Virus record (IMG/VR): IMGVR_UViG_2974644955_000001
Span: 1-64,000 of that record
Source: a virus
Taxonomy: Duplodnaviria; Caudoviricetes
DNA length: 64,000 nt
Strand: one strand, 5' to 3'
Below are positions 7,593 through 16,402 of this stretch, in pieces. Numbering within the stretch: the stretch's first letter is position 1; each line of letters begins with the position of its first letter. Position numbers and translations under genes: made by a program. The notes below the pieces were generated by a model. It searched no databases, had not been told where the DNA came from, and was given only the letters and a program-made list of their open reading frames with translations.

Positions 7593-8829
7593 TCCATTGG
7601 TTTCAGCCAATGCAGATCTCTCCGATTATGTCGAGGAGATGCTTCAGAGGGATAAGAGATTCAAAGGCATGAGTCGCTATGTCTATGACATCAACTTCTA
7701 CTGGTCCACTCAGATTCCTACAGCATGTGCTGGACATGGATTCATCTTCTTCAACCCTCAGTGGTGGGATAAGATGGTTCATGAGGAACGCAAAACTGTG
7801 ATTGCACATGAGATCTATCACCTTGTGTGCAACCACTTGGAACGTGGCATGGACAAAGATCCCGAGAGCTATGCTCAAGCGATTGACCATGTGGTGAACC
7901 AAGCATGTGAAGACGATGGTTTCATGACCAAGCACACCTTCAATGGCCGCCAGAATACAGATTTTGGTGGTATGGGAATGGTCTTGGATCATCGCTTCAA
8001 AGGCATGGGATCGGATGCAATCTACAAGATCATCCACGAAGAGCGGAAGAAAGATCCGAAGTCTCACCCACAATCTGGTGCTCCTTCCAAAGACGAGATC
8101 GAAGATCTGGTCAAGGAAGCCCTGAAGGCTCAAGGCTCTGGCAAAGATCTTCAGCAACAAGCTGAAGACAATGAAAAGGCTCGTAAAGAAGCTGTTGCCA
8201 ATGGCCTTGAGCCAGGGAAAGGCGCTGGAACCAATCAACAAATCCTTCGGACAGAGGGCAAATCAGTCTGGATTCTCAAAGCTCCTTATGAGGAGATCTT
8301 TGAAGAATATCTGACAGATCCACTGTCCGGGGGTAAGCGTACCTTCATGCGTCCATCTCGTCGTCAAGTTCGAGGTGGACTCAGGATGAAAGGCAAGTAT
8401 CCAAAGAAGGGACGTAAGAACCGACTGGCTCACCTTGCCTATGCTCTCGATGTGTCTGGTTCAATCCAGGAATACGAGAAGAGACAGTTCCTTCGTTCAG
8501 CTAAGACGCTGAAAGAAAAGCTGAATCCGGTGCTCATGACAGTCCTGCTCTGGGACGATGGAATTCGTTTCGAGAAGGTTTACCGGGAAGACGAAGAATT
8601 GGACAACCTCCACATTCAATCAGGTGGTGGCACCAATCTCGGACCTGTCTATCGACGGATGGAACAGATCAATCCAACTGCTCTGGTCATCTTCACCGAC
8701 CTCCAGGTTGGCATTCCACCTCAACCATCGTGGGATACAATCTGGTTCGTCTCAACTGAAAAGGTCTCTGACCATTATTTACAGAAAGTGACATACGGCG
8801 ATGTCTACCTTATCCCCGAAGAACGATGA
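7507..8829 (+). CDS. Metallopeptidase-like plus VWA domain protein (N4 gp25-like)
   Basis: IPTACAG, HEIYH (HExxH), RTFMRPSRR, MIDAS DVSGS, SGGGTNL, LVIFTD. Confidence 0.88.
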   Translation: MQTELKDQTDGANTSQSPVTTTTTTSSSDPLVSANADLSDYVEEMLQRDKRFKGMSRYVYDINFYWSTQIPTACAGHGFIFFNPQWWDKMVHEERKTVIAHEIYHLVCNHLERGMDKDPESYAQAIDHVVNQACEDDGFMTKHTFNGRQNTDFGGMGMVLDHRFKGMGSDAIYKIIHEERKKDPKSHPQSGAPSKDEIEDLVKEALKAQGSGKDLQQQAEDNEKARKEAVANGLEPGKGAGTNQQILRTEGKSVWILKAPYEEIFEEYLTDPLSGGKRTFMRPSRRQVRGGLRMKGKYPKKGRKNRLAHLAYALDVSGSIQEYEKRQFLRSAKTLKEKLNPVLMTVLLWDDGIRFEKVYREDEELDNLHIQSGGGTNLGPVYRRMEQINPTALVIFTDLQVGIPPQPSWDTIWFVSTEKVSDHYLQKVTYGDVYLIPEER

Positions 8830-9256
8830 ACTAATCCCAATCTCTGATGACTGGGAACCAAGTGATGAAGAGATCGCTAATTACTGGGCAGGTGAGGGTC
8901 ATCTGATCTTCACTGTAAAGTCATATGACCCATCCTCCCACTACTGCCCCTATGAAATTGAATATGAAGACTATTCAGGCTGTGTTGGTGGTCTCGATGA
9001 AATGGTCGGCATTGAATATGCAGTCAATGAAGGCATCCTTGATGTCGGAAAGTTGCATATTGGATGCACATACGAAATTCATGGGATCACTGCTCACTTC
9101 ACAAGGGGCGATGGCTGGACAACTGATGATGATGTAGAATACTACATCGAATCGGTGACTCAATATGCAGTTCTGCATCAACTCATCTACGCTTGGTGGT
9201 GGCACCTCGTAGGTCATCGCATAAGGAATTGGCAAAATGCTCGTTCTAAAACTTGA
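8801..9256 (+). CDS. Hypothetical acidic protein
   Basis: 151-aa ORF in operon context. Confidence 0.6.
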   Translation: MSTLSPKNDELIPISDDWEPSDEEIANYWAGEGHLIFTVKSYDPSSHYCPYEIEYEDYSGCVGGLDEMVGIEYAVNEGILDVGKLHIGCTYEIHGITAHFTRGDGWTTDDDVEYYIESVTQYAVLHQLIYAWWWHLVGHRIRNWQNARSKT

Positions 9257-9506
9257 GCTTCATTCTGCTCGCACCGGGGAGATCGAAGAAATCGGTCGAA
9301 CCATCATTGCCAACGTAGGAGGAACCTCCCATCGTGGTAACTACATCTGCAAGATAGCTCGGAAACGTGACACCTTCAGCAACACAGACACATGGCGTGA
9401 ACCTCTCCGCACAGGAGATGTGAAGAACTATCCTCGTCTCTCATATAATGTGTGGAGATTGGTGATTCGTGCTCTATTGTCTGCCTTTCCAGAGGAGAAA
9501 AAATGA
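9237..9506 (+). CDS. Hypothetical phage protein
   Basis: AAGGAA RBS; IANVGG..RGNY..YPR..YNVWRLV pattern. Confidence 0.65.
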   Translation: MLVLKLELHSARTGEIEEIGRTIIANVGGTSHRGNYICKIARKRDTFSNTDTWREPLRTGDVKNYPRLSYNVWRLVIRALLSAFPEEKK

Positions 9507-9934
9507 GACCTGGATTTACTGAATGGGCATTGGGATTGGCTCAAGCCGTATCCCTACGCTCTCGTGACCCTTCCACCAAGGTGGGAGCAGTCATCATCCG
9601 TCCTGACAAGACAATTGCATCAATGGGTTACAATGGTTTCCCTCGAACCATGCAAGACAAAGACATCTGGTGGAATGACCGAACAGAGAAATATGCTCGT
9701 GTCATTCATGCTGAGATGAACGCATTGCTCAATGCCAAAGAGTCAGTGAATGGGATGCAGTTATACTGTACCCATCCCTGCTGTGAGCATTGTGCAAAAC
9801 ACGTCATTGCTGCTGGGATTCGTCATGTTCACTTCTATACGAGTGAAGACATTCGCAGCCGTTTTGACATAACCCGCTCTCTGCAACTCTTTGAGGATTG
9901 TGGTGTAGCAGTAACTGAACTGGAGACAGATTGA
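9503..9934 (+). CDS. dCMP deaminase (cytidine/deoxycytidylate deaminase family)
   Basis: RSRDPSTKVGAVI, GYNGFP, HAEMNA, PCCEHCA zinc motifs. Confidence 0.92.
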   Translation: MRPGFTEWALGLAQAVSLRSRDPSTKVGAVIIRPDKTIASMGYNGFPRTMQDKDIWWNDRTEKYARVIHAEMNALLNAKESVNGMQLYCTHPCCEHCAKHVIAAGIRHVHFYTSEDIRSRFDITRSLQLFEDCGVAVTELETD

Positions 9935-10392
9935 TGTCCAAAACACAAACCAAAATGGAACTCGTCGATACATCGGAATCGACCGAATTCAAAAAGACAC
10001 GCATGAAAGAAGTGCGTGCAATGGTCAGTACGGCTTTGCGTCAGAACCAACGGATCGACCTCATGGAATTCACTGGGACTGACATCCCCCGTGTGATGGT
10101 TGCTCTGCAAGATGAGGTGATGGACGCTCGTGGGCGTCACGCCAAAGCGACAAAGCACATCGCTACCATGAAGGATGAAGTGGCACTCATCATGCCTTTG
10201 CTTCAATTCACCATCGAAGGCCAAGGCTATCTGGTTCAGCGACTCTCGGAAGAGAACGAAGATCTGACCACTCAGATCTCGGTTGAACGCAGTGCTGCTG
10301 AAGATGTCATTCAAGGCATCAACAGTGACCGTATCACCCAAGCTCGTGAGATCGAAGGTCTCAAGACGGCCCTGAAAGGTGTTCTGCGTTGA
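9934..10392 (+). CDS. Hypothetical coiled-coil protein
   Basis: Helical heptad-like sequence; coupled to neighbours. Confidence 0.6.
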   Translation: MSKTQTKMELVDTSESTEFKKTRMKEVRAMVSTALRQNQRIDLMEFTGTDIPRVMVALQDEVMDARGRHAKATKHIATMKDEVALIMPLLQFTIEGQGYLVQRLSEENEDLTTQISVERSAAEDVIQGINSDRITQAREIEGLKTALKGVLR

Positions 10393-10820
10393 GCTTCGGA
10401 ACCACTGAAACCGGAGCGCAGCGGCAGTCTATTGGAACCAAGATCGACACAGATCTGGTTCCTTTTGAACTGACTGTCGCTGCTGCTGTGGGACTTGGAC
10501 TCGGTGAGCACAAGTACGCAGCCCGGAACTTTGAGAAGGGGCTGAGTTATCGCTCCCTGATCAATTCACTGGAGCGTCACTGCAAAGCATTGAAGGATGG
10601 CGAAGAGTTCGACAAGGACACTGGCATCCCTCATTACATGCTGATCGCATCCTCAACAGCCATGTTGGTTCACAATGTCATGCAAGGCAAAGTGATCGAC
10701 GACCGTGCTCCACCCAAGGAATACACCTTGGATATCGGTGAGTTGGCAGAACTTGGTCAAAAAGAACTGACCAAAGCAATCGCATTCTGGCAGGAGAAGC
10801 AAAATGCAGATGACAACTGA
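10389..10820 (+). CDS. dATP/dGTP diphosphohydrolase-like protein (DUF5664 type)
   Basis: GEHKYAARNFEKG...SLERH...DKDTGIPH pattern. Confidence 0.75.
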   Translation: MSFGTTETGAQRQSIGTKIDTDLVPFELTVAAAVGLGLGEHKYAARNFEKGLSYRSLINSLERHCKALKDGEEFDKDTGIPHYMLIASSTAMLVHNVMQGKVIDDRAPPKEYTLDIGELAELGQKELTKAIAFWQEKQNADDN

Positions 10821-11727
10821 TGGATCCATCTACACTTATGTGGAGCAACCACAGTTACAGGTGGAGGTCATCTTGGCCTCTACCGCTGCTGATGCTCCTC
10901 CGATCTACACCATTCGCATGAGGTATCCTCGTCCGATTCATGGTGAGATCATGACACACCGTGTCTTTGGCCGGAATGCTCGTTCATCTCGTGCTGTCCC
11001 AGTCAGAACCATGCTCAATGAGGTTCGGACGATTCCTTATGTGCCTTGGCATTGGCTCAAGAACAAGCCTGGAATGCAGGGTACAGAGCCTCTGACACCT
11101 GAAGAACGGGAAGAAGCCATTACTCTTTGGCTATCTGCTGCAAACACAGCATGTCATCATGTGGATCAACTCTTTGATCCAGATGGTCTCAACATCCACA
11201 AGCAGAACCCTAATCGACTCCTGGAGCCTTTCTCCTGGATCGACACTCTGATCACAGCCACTGAATGGAATAACTTCCTATGGCTTCGTCAGCATGGGGC
11301 TGCTGAACCTCACCTTCAGGATCTGGCCAACTTGGTCTATCAAGCCATTGAAGATACTCAGTTAATTCTTCGTGACCCAGATGAATGGCACATGCCGTAC
11401 ATCACCTACGAGGAACGGACTCAGTATCATTCTGATGTCTTGCTGAAGATCTCTGCTGCTCGATGTGCTCGGATCTCGTACAAACCATTCAATGGAGATG
11501 GTTCCGTCTCTAAAGAACTGGAGCGTGCAGATCTGTTGATGAATGATGAACGTGTTCACGCTTCACCATTCGAACATCAGGCCAAGCCGGATACACTTTC
11601 CTGGAACTTCCCAGAATTTGAAGGTGAACCTGATGTCAAAGCATGGGCAAACCCAATGCTGCATGGCAACCTAACTGGTTGGATTCAGTATCGTAAGCTC
11701 ATTCCGAATGAAGTTTACCACGGATAG
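10804..11727 (+). CDS. thyX: Flavin-dependent thymidylate synthase
   Basis: IHGEIMTHRVFGRNARSSRA, WNNFLWLR, SAARCARISY, HASPFEH. Confidence 0.88.
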   Translation: MQMTTDGSIYTYVEQPQLQVEVILASTAADAPPIYTIRMRYPRPIHGEIMTHRVFGRNARSSRAVPVRTMLNEVRTIPYVPWHWLKNKPGMQGTEPLTPEEREEAITLWLSAANTACHHVDQLFDPDGLNIHKQNPNRLLEPFSWIDTLITATEWNNFLWLRQHGAAEPHLQDLANLVYQAIEDTQLILRDPDEWHMPYITYEERTQYHSDVLLKISAARCARISYKPFNGDGSVSKELERADLLMNDERVHASPFEHQAKPDTLSWNFPEFEGEPDVKAWANPMLHGNLTGWIQYRKLIPNEVYHG

Positions 11728-11739
11728 CACCCGTGTTAA

Positions 11740-11771
11740 GGGAGTCCTGACCTATCTTGGAAAGGACTCCC
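11740..11771 (+). promoter_or_regulatory. RBS-sequestering hairpin
   Basis: GGGAGTCCT/AGGACTCCC perfect 9-bp stem covering AGGA just before ATG 11773. Confidence 0.55.
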
Positions 11772-11772
11772 C

Positions 11773-12933
11773 ATGAGCAAATATCATGATTATTGGAGCC
11801 AGAATGGTAAGCCAACATACAAGGACGTGGCAAAGCATTTTGGTGTTAACGAATCTACAGCCCGACGGTCAATTCAATTACATGAAAGTCGCTTAGAAAC
11901 CCAAGTGGATGCAGAACAAGCAATCCTCGACGGAATGGAAGACCTTGGTTTCATCGGTCATCCTGACGCTGGTTGGGTCAAAAGCCAAAAACCTGACAAG
12001 CATGGTCGTACATATTCCTTCCGTTTCGACAAGAAGAAACAACAGGAAGAAGAAGACCGAATGGAACAGATCGCAGAACGCTTTATCGGCATGTCTCCGA
12101 TCAAATTTAACCCTCCCAAACTACGGATCAAAAGTCATCGTGTGAAGAAAGCCTTCATCTCGATCAACGATCTCCACTCAGGTGCTCTCGCCTGGGGAGC
12201 AGAGACTGGATACGGTGACTGGGATCTCCCACTGGCCATGAAACGCCTAGAAGAATGGCTCTGCCGTCTTTTTGATCACATCGAAAAAGAAGGCGTTCAT
12301 GAGATCATCTTATATTACAATGGTGACATTCTTCATGCCAACGGCCAAGTCCCAATGACTGCCACTCACGGATCAGATCACATCCTAGATGTTGACTCTC
12401 GTCACTTCAAAGTCGTTGATACAACTGGCGAACAAATCATCCATACTACTGATATCGCTGCACAAATCGCTGATGTACGTCTCGTCATCAAGCGAGGGAA
12501 CCATGATGGAGACAGCTATCTGTCGCTTCTTCAGGGTGCCAAATGGCGGTATCACAATCAGAAGAATGTCACTGTCGAGATGGATCCCAATGCCTATTGG
12601 GCGCACATCTTTGGCAAGGTAGCAATCTTCGGACACCACGGTGATCGCATCAAACCTGACCGTCTCATCATGCAATTTCTGCAACGTTACCGAAAAGACA
12701 TTGCAGACGTGGAGCACATCACGGTATGGACAGGTGACAAGCATCACCGTAAGGTCGAGCAGTTCCCCGGAGTAATCTGGGAGCAAGCATCGAACTGGTC
12801 TGAGCCTGATCTCTATGGTTCAGCCTTTGGTGAGACAGCGATGGCTCAAGCAGTCGTCTATGATGAAATCGAAGGCGAGACCTCACGTTTCACGGTCAAA
12901 CCTTCCCAGATATTTGGAGAAGACCATGGCTAA
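11773..12933 (+). CDS. N-terminal HTH plus calcineurin-like metallophosphoesterase
   Basis: YKDVAKHFGVNESTARR (HTH); DLH, GDILH, GNHD, HHGD, GDKHH metal-binding motifs. Confidence 0.82.
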   Translation: MSKYHDYWSQNGKPTYKDVAKHFGVNESTARRSIQLHESRLETQVDAEQAILDGMEDLGFIGHPDAGWVKSQKPDKHGRTYSFRFDKKKQQEEEDRMEQIAERFIGMSPIKFNPPKLRIKSHRVKKAFISINDLHSGALAWGAETGYGDWDLPLAMKRLEEWLCRLFDHIEKEGVHEIILYYNGDILHANGQVPMTATHGSDHILDVDSRHFKVVDTTGEQIIHTTDIAAQIADVRLVIKRGNHDGDSYLSLLQGAKWRYHNQKNVTVEMDPNAYWAHIFGKVAIFGHHGDRIKPDRLIMQFLQRYRKDIADVEHITVWTGDKHHRKVEQFPGVIWEQASNWSEPDLYGSAFGETAMAQAVVYDEIEGETSRFTVKPSQIFGEDHG

Positions 12934-13189
12934 ATGGGATCTCAACAAAGAAGCAGACAAAGAAGCACTACCGGAACCAACCTATGCAACACGCATGGAC
13001 AAAGTGGAAAAGCTGTTCCGGTATGAGCATCTCCCTGATCATCTTCAGGAAGTCAGCAAGCCATTCCATGACATGGCTGTTGATCTTGTGGAGAATCTTC
13101 TGCCCAGTGCAGAAGTGACCTTGGCTATCCGGAAACTCTGGGAAGCGAAGAACCTGGCAGTGTATGCTGCCGTTGAAGCAACTGATTAA
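12926..13189 (+). CDS. Small helical-hairpin protein, candidate Tad1/Acb2-like nucleotide sponge
   Basis: FRYEHLPDHLQEVSKPF...SAEVTLAIRKLWEA resembles the S-x-E-x3-A-L-x-K/H-L/V-x-E-A hairpin motif of Tad1-like proteins. Confidence 0.45.
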   Translation: MAKWDLNKEADKEALPEPTYATRMDKVEKLFRYEHLPDHLQEVSKPFHDMAVDLVENLLPSAEVTLAIRKLWEAKNLAVYAAVEATD

Positions 13190-13202
13190 GGAGGTGCAAA
13201 AT

Positions 13203-13319
13203 ATGTTTGAATTTCTCATGGGAATGGGGGTTGGCCTAGTGGTTGGCTGGAACGTCCTTCCCCAACCTACCTGGGTCCGAAACCTTTACTCCCGCTGGAC
13301 GGGAGGAGGTGATCTGTAA
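13203..13319 (+). CDS. Small membrane peptide (38 aa)
   Basis: AAGGAGG RBS; MFEFLMGMGVGLVVGWNVLPQP hydrophobic N-terminus. Confidence 0.6.
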   Translation: MFEFLMGMGVGLVVGWNVLPQPTWVRNLYSRWTGGGDL

Positions 13320-13351
13320 TCTCCCTGATCCATTGGTTCAGCGGTAAACAC

Positions 13352-13379
13352 AAACCCTCGCCTTCGGGCGGGGGTTTTT
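13352..13379 (+). terminator. Intrinsic terminator
   Basis: AAACCCTCGCC-TTCG-GGCGGGGG-TTTTT. Confidence 0.85.
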
Positions 13380-13459
13380 CTTGACAAAACAGTTTAATCT
13401 GGTCTTGTGTCCTTCTATTTGGTACAGCAAGCTAACCCTTGAGAACCAAAGGAAGCATC

Positions 13460-13789
13460 ATGGCCGATACAGTCACATATCCATTTGTCCGAGGTGATGA
13501 CTTCAGCATCACAATGACACTCACAGATCCACAGAACAACGATGCCCCAGTTGATATTACCAACTGGACCATTGCTTCTCAGGTTCGTTATCAGCGTCGT
13601 CTCATTGATGATCTGGTCGTCACCAAAGATGACCCCGTAAATGGTGTCCTGACGCTCTCCAAGATCCGGACTGATACAATGCTCTGGCCAGCACGTACAG
13701 TTAAGTGCGACATTCAGTTTGATCGTCCTGAAGGACGTATCTCCTCTCAGACCTTTCTGATCGAAGTAACAGAGGATCAAACCCAATGA
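13460..13789 (+). CDS. Tail-fibre adaptor (BppU-like beta-sandwich)
   Basis: FVRGDDFSITMTL...PVDITNWTIASQVR...CDIQF..ISSQTFLIEV; first gene of the fibre module. Confidence 0.65.
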   Translation: MADTVTYPFVRGDDFSITMTLTDPQNNDAPVDITNWTIASQVRYQRRLIDDLVVTKDDPVNGVLTLSKIRTDTMLWPARTVKCDIQFDRPEGRISSQTFLIEVTEDQTQ

Positions 13790-15747
13790 ATGATCTGAAC
13801 CTCACAGCAGTAATGGAACCACGATACGTCCTGACTATTCAGGATCAATCTGTTGTTGTGGGTTCTGACTTCAATCTGACTCTTCAGGAAAACTCTGCAC
13901 CCCTGAAGCTCACTCTTGGTCTCCAAGGCCAAAAGGGTATTCAGGGTGATGTAGGCCCACAAGGTCCAGTTGGCCCTGCTGGTCCCGCAGGAACAGACGG
14001 TACAGATGGTGTCAGCTTTGCCTTTGATGGCACAGATACCTTTGCCAATCGTAACCTTTACGACGCTGAAGTTGTCGGCTGGAGATTCTTGGCTTCAGAC
14101 ACTGGAGAGATCTATGTTCGACTGGATCCTACAGGCTGGTCTGCACCTATCCAACTGAAAGGTGACACTGGTCCCCAGGGACCACAAGGTATTCAGGGTG
14201 TCCAAGGACCAATTGGACCTCAAGGCAACCCTGGTGCTGATGGTCAAGGCTTCACAGTCGATGCTTATGCAGAACTCGTGAACCTTGGAACCTATGACAA
14301 CGAAGCTGAAGGCTTCTCTGTTGTCGATCCTGTCACTGGTTTGCTCTACATCCGGTACAGCGTAGCTGGAACGTGGACCAATGGTATTCAATTCGTCGGT
14401 CCTGAAGGTCCAACCGGACCAATTGGACCTGCTGGCCCAACAGGTGCTCCGGGGGCTGCTGGTGCAGACGGTGCTGACTTTGCATTTGATGCAGTCGGAA
14501 CACTACCAGAAAAGAACCTCTATAACGCTCAACCAGAAGGTTTCACCTTCCTGGATGAAGTCAATGGTAACTTCTATGTCCGAAATGATGCCACCATTGG
14601 TGCATGGACGAATGCTATCCCATTCCAAGGCCCGACAGGACCACAGGGTGCTCAAGGTGACGCAGGTATCAGTGCCTACGATCTGGCTGTCTCTCAGCAA
14701 GGTTTCGTTGGTTCAGTGTCTGACTGGCTCACCACTCTCACTGCATACGGTGTAGCTGTCTCCAATGGTTTCGTGGGAACTCAAGCTGACTGGTTGATCC
14801 ATATCAACGCATACGGCATTGCCGTACAGAATGGCTATCTGGGAACTCAGGCCCAATGGCTTCAGGACATGACTGCCTACGGTATCGCTGTCCTCAATGG
14901 ATACGCTGGAACCGAGCCTGAATGGCTGATTCACATCAATGCCTATGGACGTGCTCTGGACAACGGATTCGTTGGTACAGAACTCGAATGGCTGGATAGT
15001 CTCACAGCTTATGGTGTGGCCCAGTCAAACGGATATGCTGGAACCAAAGCAGCATGGCTCACAAGTCTGACTGCCTATGGTGTCGCCGTGGACAATGGCT
15101 TTGTGGGTACTGAACCAGAATGGCTCACTCACATCAGTGCATATGGTGTGGCAGTTCAGAACGGATTCGTAGGGACCGAGCTTCAATGGCTCGACTCTCT
15201 GGTAGGCCCAATTGGCCCTCAAGGTATCCAGGGACTCAAGGGCGATACAGGTCAATCTCTGATCCCAGATGCCATTGATTTGTTCGCAAATCGTGCTCTT
15301 TATGACACGGAACTTGAAGGTTTCGTGTTCATGGCATCAGATACTGGCTTGATTTACTTCAGAGAAACCGTTTTCAATGGAACATGGTCTGTCGGTGTAC
15401 CCTTCCGGGGTCCAGACGGACTTCCAGGGGATGTCACAACTCGATCTTTGATCAACACAGCGACCTATACGGTTCTCAATACCGACCTTCAAACTGGTCG
15501 TGAGATCAAGAAAGTCGATCATGCTGTCGGTTGTGCCATCACAGTTCCTGCTGGACTCACAAACCAAGAGCCATGCACATTCATTCAAACCAATGTAGGA
15601 CAGATCACCTTTGCAGGGGCTGTCGGAGTGACAATTCTCAGTGCTGATTCAGCACTACTCTCCCGTGTTCAAGGGAGTTTTGTCACTCTCTTGCCAGACG
15701 GTGATACGGCTGATCTGTATTACCTCACAGGGGATATCGTAGCATGA
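13786..15747 (+). CDS. Collagen-like modular tail fibre protein
   Basis: Gly-X-Y runs interrupted by four ~50-aa D..YD.E.GF.F..DTG.Y.R..G.W modules and eight 22-aa repeats; C-terminal FIQ..GQITF domain. Confidence 0.8.
   Translation: MNDLNLTAVMEPRYVLTIQDQSVVVGSDFNLTLQENSAPLKLTLGLQGQKGIQGDVGPQGPVGPAGPAGTDGTDGVSFAFDGTDTFANRNLYDAEVVGWRFLASDTGEIYVRLDPTGWSAPIQLKGDTGPQGPQGIQGVQGPIGPQGNPGADGQGFTVDAYAELVNLGTYDNEAEGFSVVDPVTGLLYIRYSVAGTWTNGIQFVGPEGPTGPIGPAGPTGAPGAAGADGADFAFDAVGTLPEKNLYNAQPEGFTFLDEVNGNFYVRNDATIGAWTNAIPFQGPTGPQGAQGDAGISAYDLAVSQQGFVGSVSDWLTTLTAYGVAVSNGFVGTQADWLIHINAYGIAVQNGYLGTQAQWLQDMTAYGIAVLNGYAGTEPEWLIHINAYGRALDNGFVGTELEWLDSLTAYGVAQSNGYAGTKAAWLTSLTAYGVAVDNGFVGTEPEWLTHISAYGVAVQNGFVGTELQWLDSLVGPIGPQGIQGLKGDTGQSLIPDAIDLFANRALYDTELEGFVFMASDTGLIYFRETVFNGTWSVGVPFRGPDGLPGDVTTRSLINTATYTVLNTDLQTGREIKKVDHAVGCAITVPAGLTNQEPCTFIQTNVGQITFAGAVGVTILSADSALLSRVQGSFVTLLPDGDTADLYYLTGDIVA
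14671..15201 (+). repeat. Eight tandem 22-aa (66-nt) coding repeats, consensus xAYGxAVxNGFxGTxxxWLxxL
   Basis: Read directly from the translation; 23 + 7x22 = 177 aa. Confidence 0.9.
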
Positions 15748-16400
15748 GATATGGACTGATCGCATCAGTATTATCTTCAATTCCAAAAGGAGCGACTTTT
15801 CAGTATCGCTTCTGGAGGGTTTGGGGAATCAATAATCACCACGCTTCCAGTAACTATCTGACGGCTGGTGAGATTGAATTCTATGCCAATGACAACACGA
15901 CCGACCTTACTATCGGGACATCAGGTGCAATCGCATCTTCTGTCTTGAGTGCTACCTACATTCCAGAACATGCTTTCGACAATGACCCAACCAACACTCG
16001 TTGGGCCAGTAACAACACAACTCCAGCAGGGATTGGATGGGACTTTGGAGAAGGAAACGAAGTTCAGCTTACAGGTCTAAGCATCACTCCAGGTCAAATC
16101 CCTACAGAAACTCCAAGAGAGTTTTATCTTCAGTATTCTGAAGATGGAGTCACTTGGTTTGATTATGCCTACTTTGAGACAGCAGCCCCTACTACTGCGG
16201 TCAAACAGATCTTCACTTTCCCACTGACTTCAGACATTGAAGTTCAGGACTTCTCAGCAAACCTTGTCTATGGTGGCCCTTCAGAGGGTGATTTTGTGGT
16301 AATCAATGACCTCTCTGCCAATCTTGTCTATGGCGGTGGAGGCTATCCTGGGATAATCCTCAACGATCTATCCGCTAATATCGTCTATGGAGGGCCGTAA
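15744..16400 (+). CDS. Discoidin (F5/8 type C)-domain virion protein, candidate receptor-binding protein
   Basis: EIEFY, AFDND..TRWAS, IGWDFG, PREFYLQYSEDG.TW; three C-terminal (N/Q)D(F/L)SAN(L/I)VYGG repeats. Confidence 0.7.
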   Translation: MRYGLIASVLSSIPKGATFQYRFWRVWGINNHHASSNYLTAGEIEFYANDNTTDLTIGTSGAIASSVLSATYIPEHAFDNDPTNTRWASNNTTPAGIGWDFGEGNEVQLTGLSITPGQIPTETPREFYLQYSEDGVTWFDYAYFETAAPTTAVKQIFTFPLTSDIEVQDFSANLVYGGPSEGDFVVINDLSANLVYGGGGYPGIILNDLSANIVYGGP

Positions 16401-16402
16401 TC

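Noticed and set aside
10389-10820. Diaminopurine (Z-DNA) or other hypermodification pathway suggested by the dATP/dGTP diphosphohydrolase
   Set aside because: No PurZ, HD-family dATPase or transferase was recognised in the window.
13320-13350. TTGGTTCAGCGGTAAAC resembles a tRNA D-arm
   Set aside because: No anticodon arm, T-arm or acceptor stem follows; it runs straight into a terminator.
13381-13430. Perfect TTGACA before the tail-fibre module
   Set aside because: No TA-containing -10 element at 16-18 nt spacing, so it cannot be supported as a promoter.
14671-15201. 66-nt periodicity as a CRISPR array or DGR
   Set aside because: The repeats are in-frame, conserved at protein level and diverged at DNA level; there are no spacers, cas genes or reverse transcriptase.
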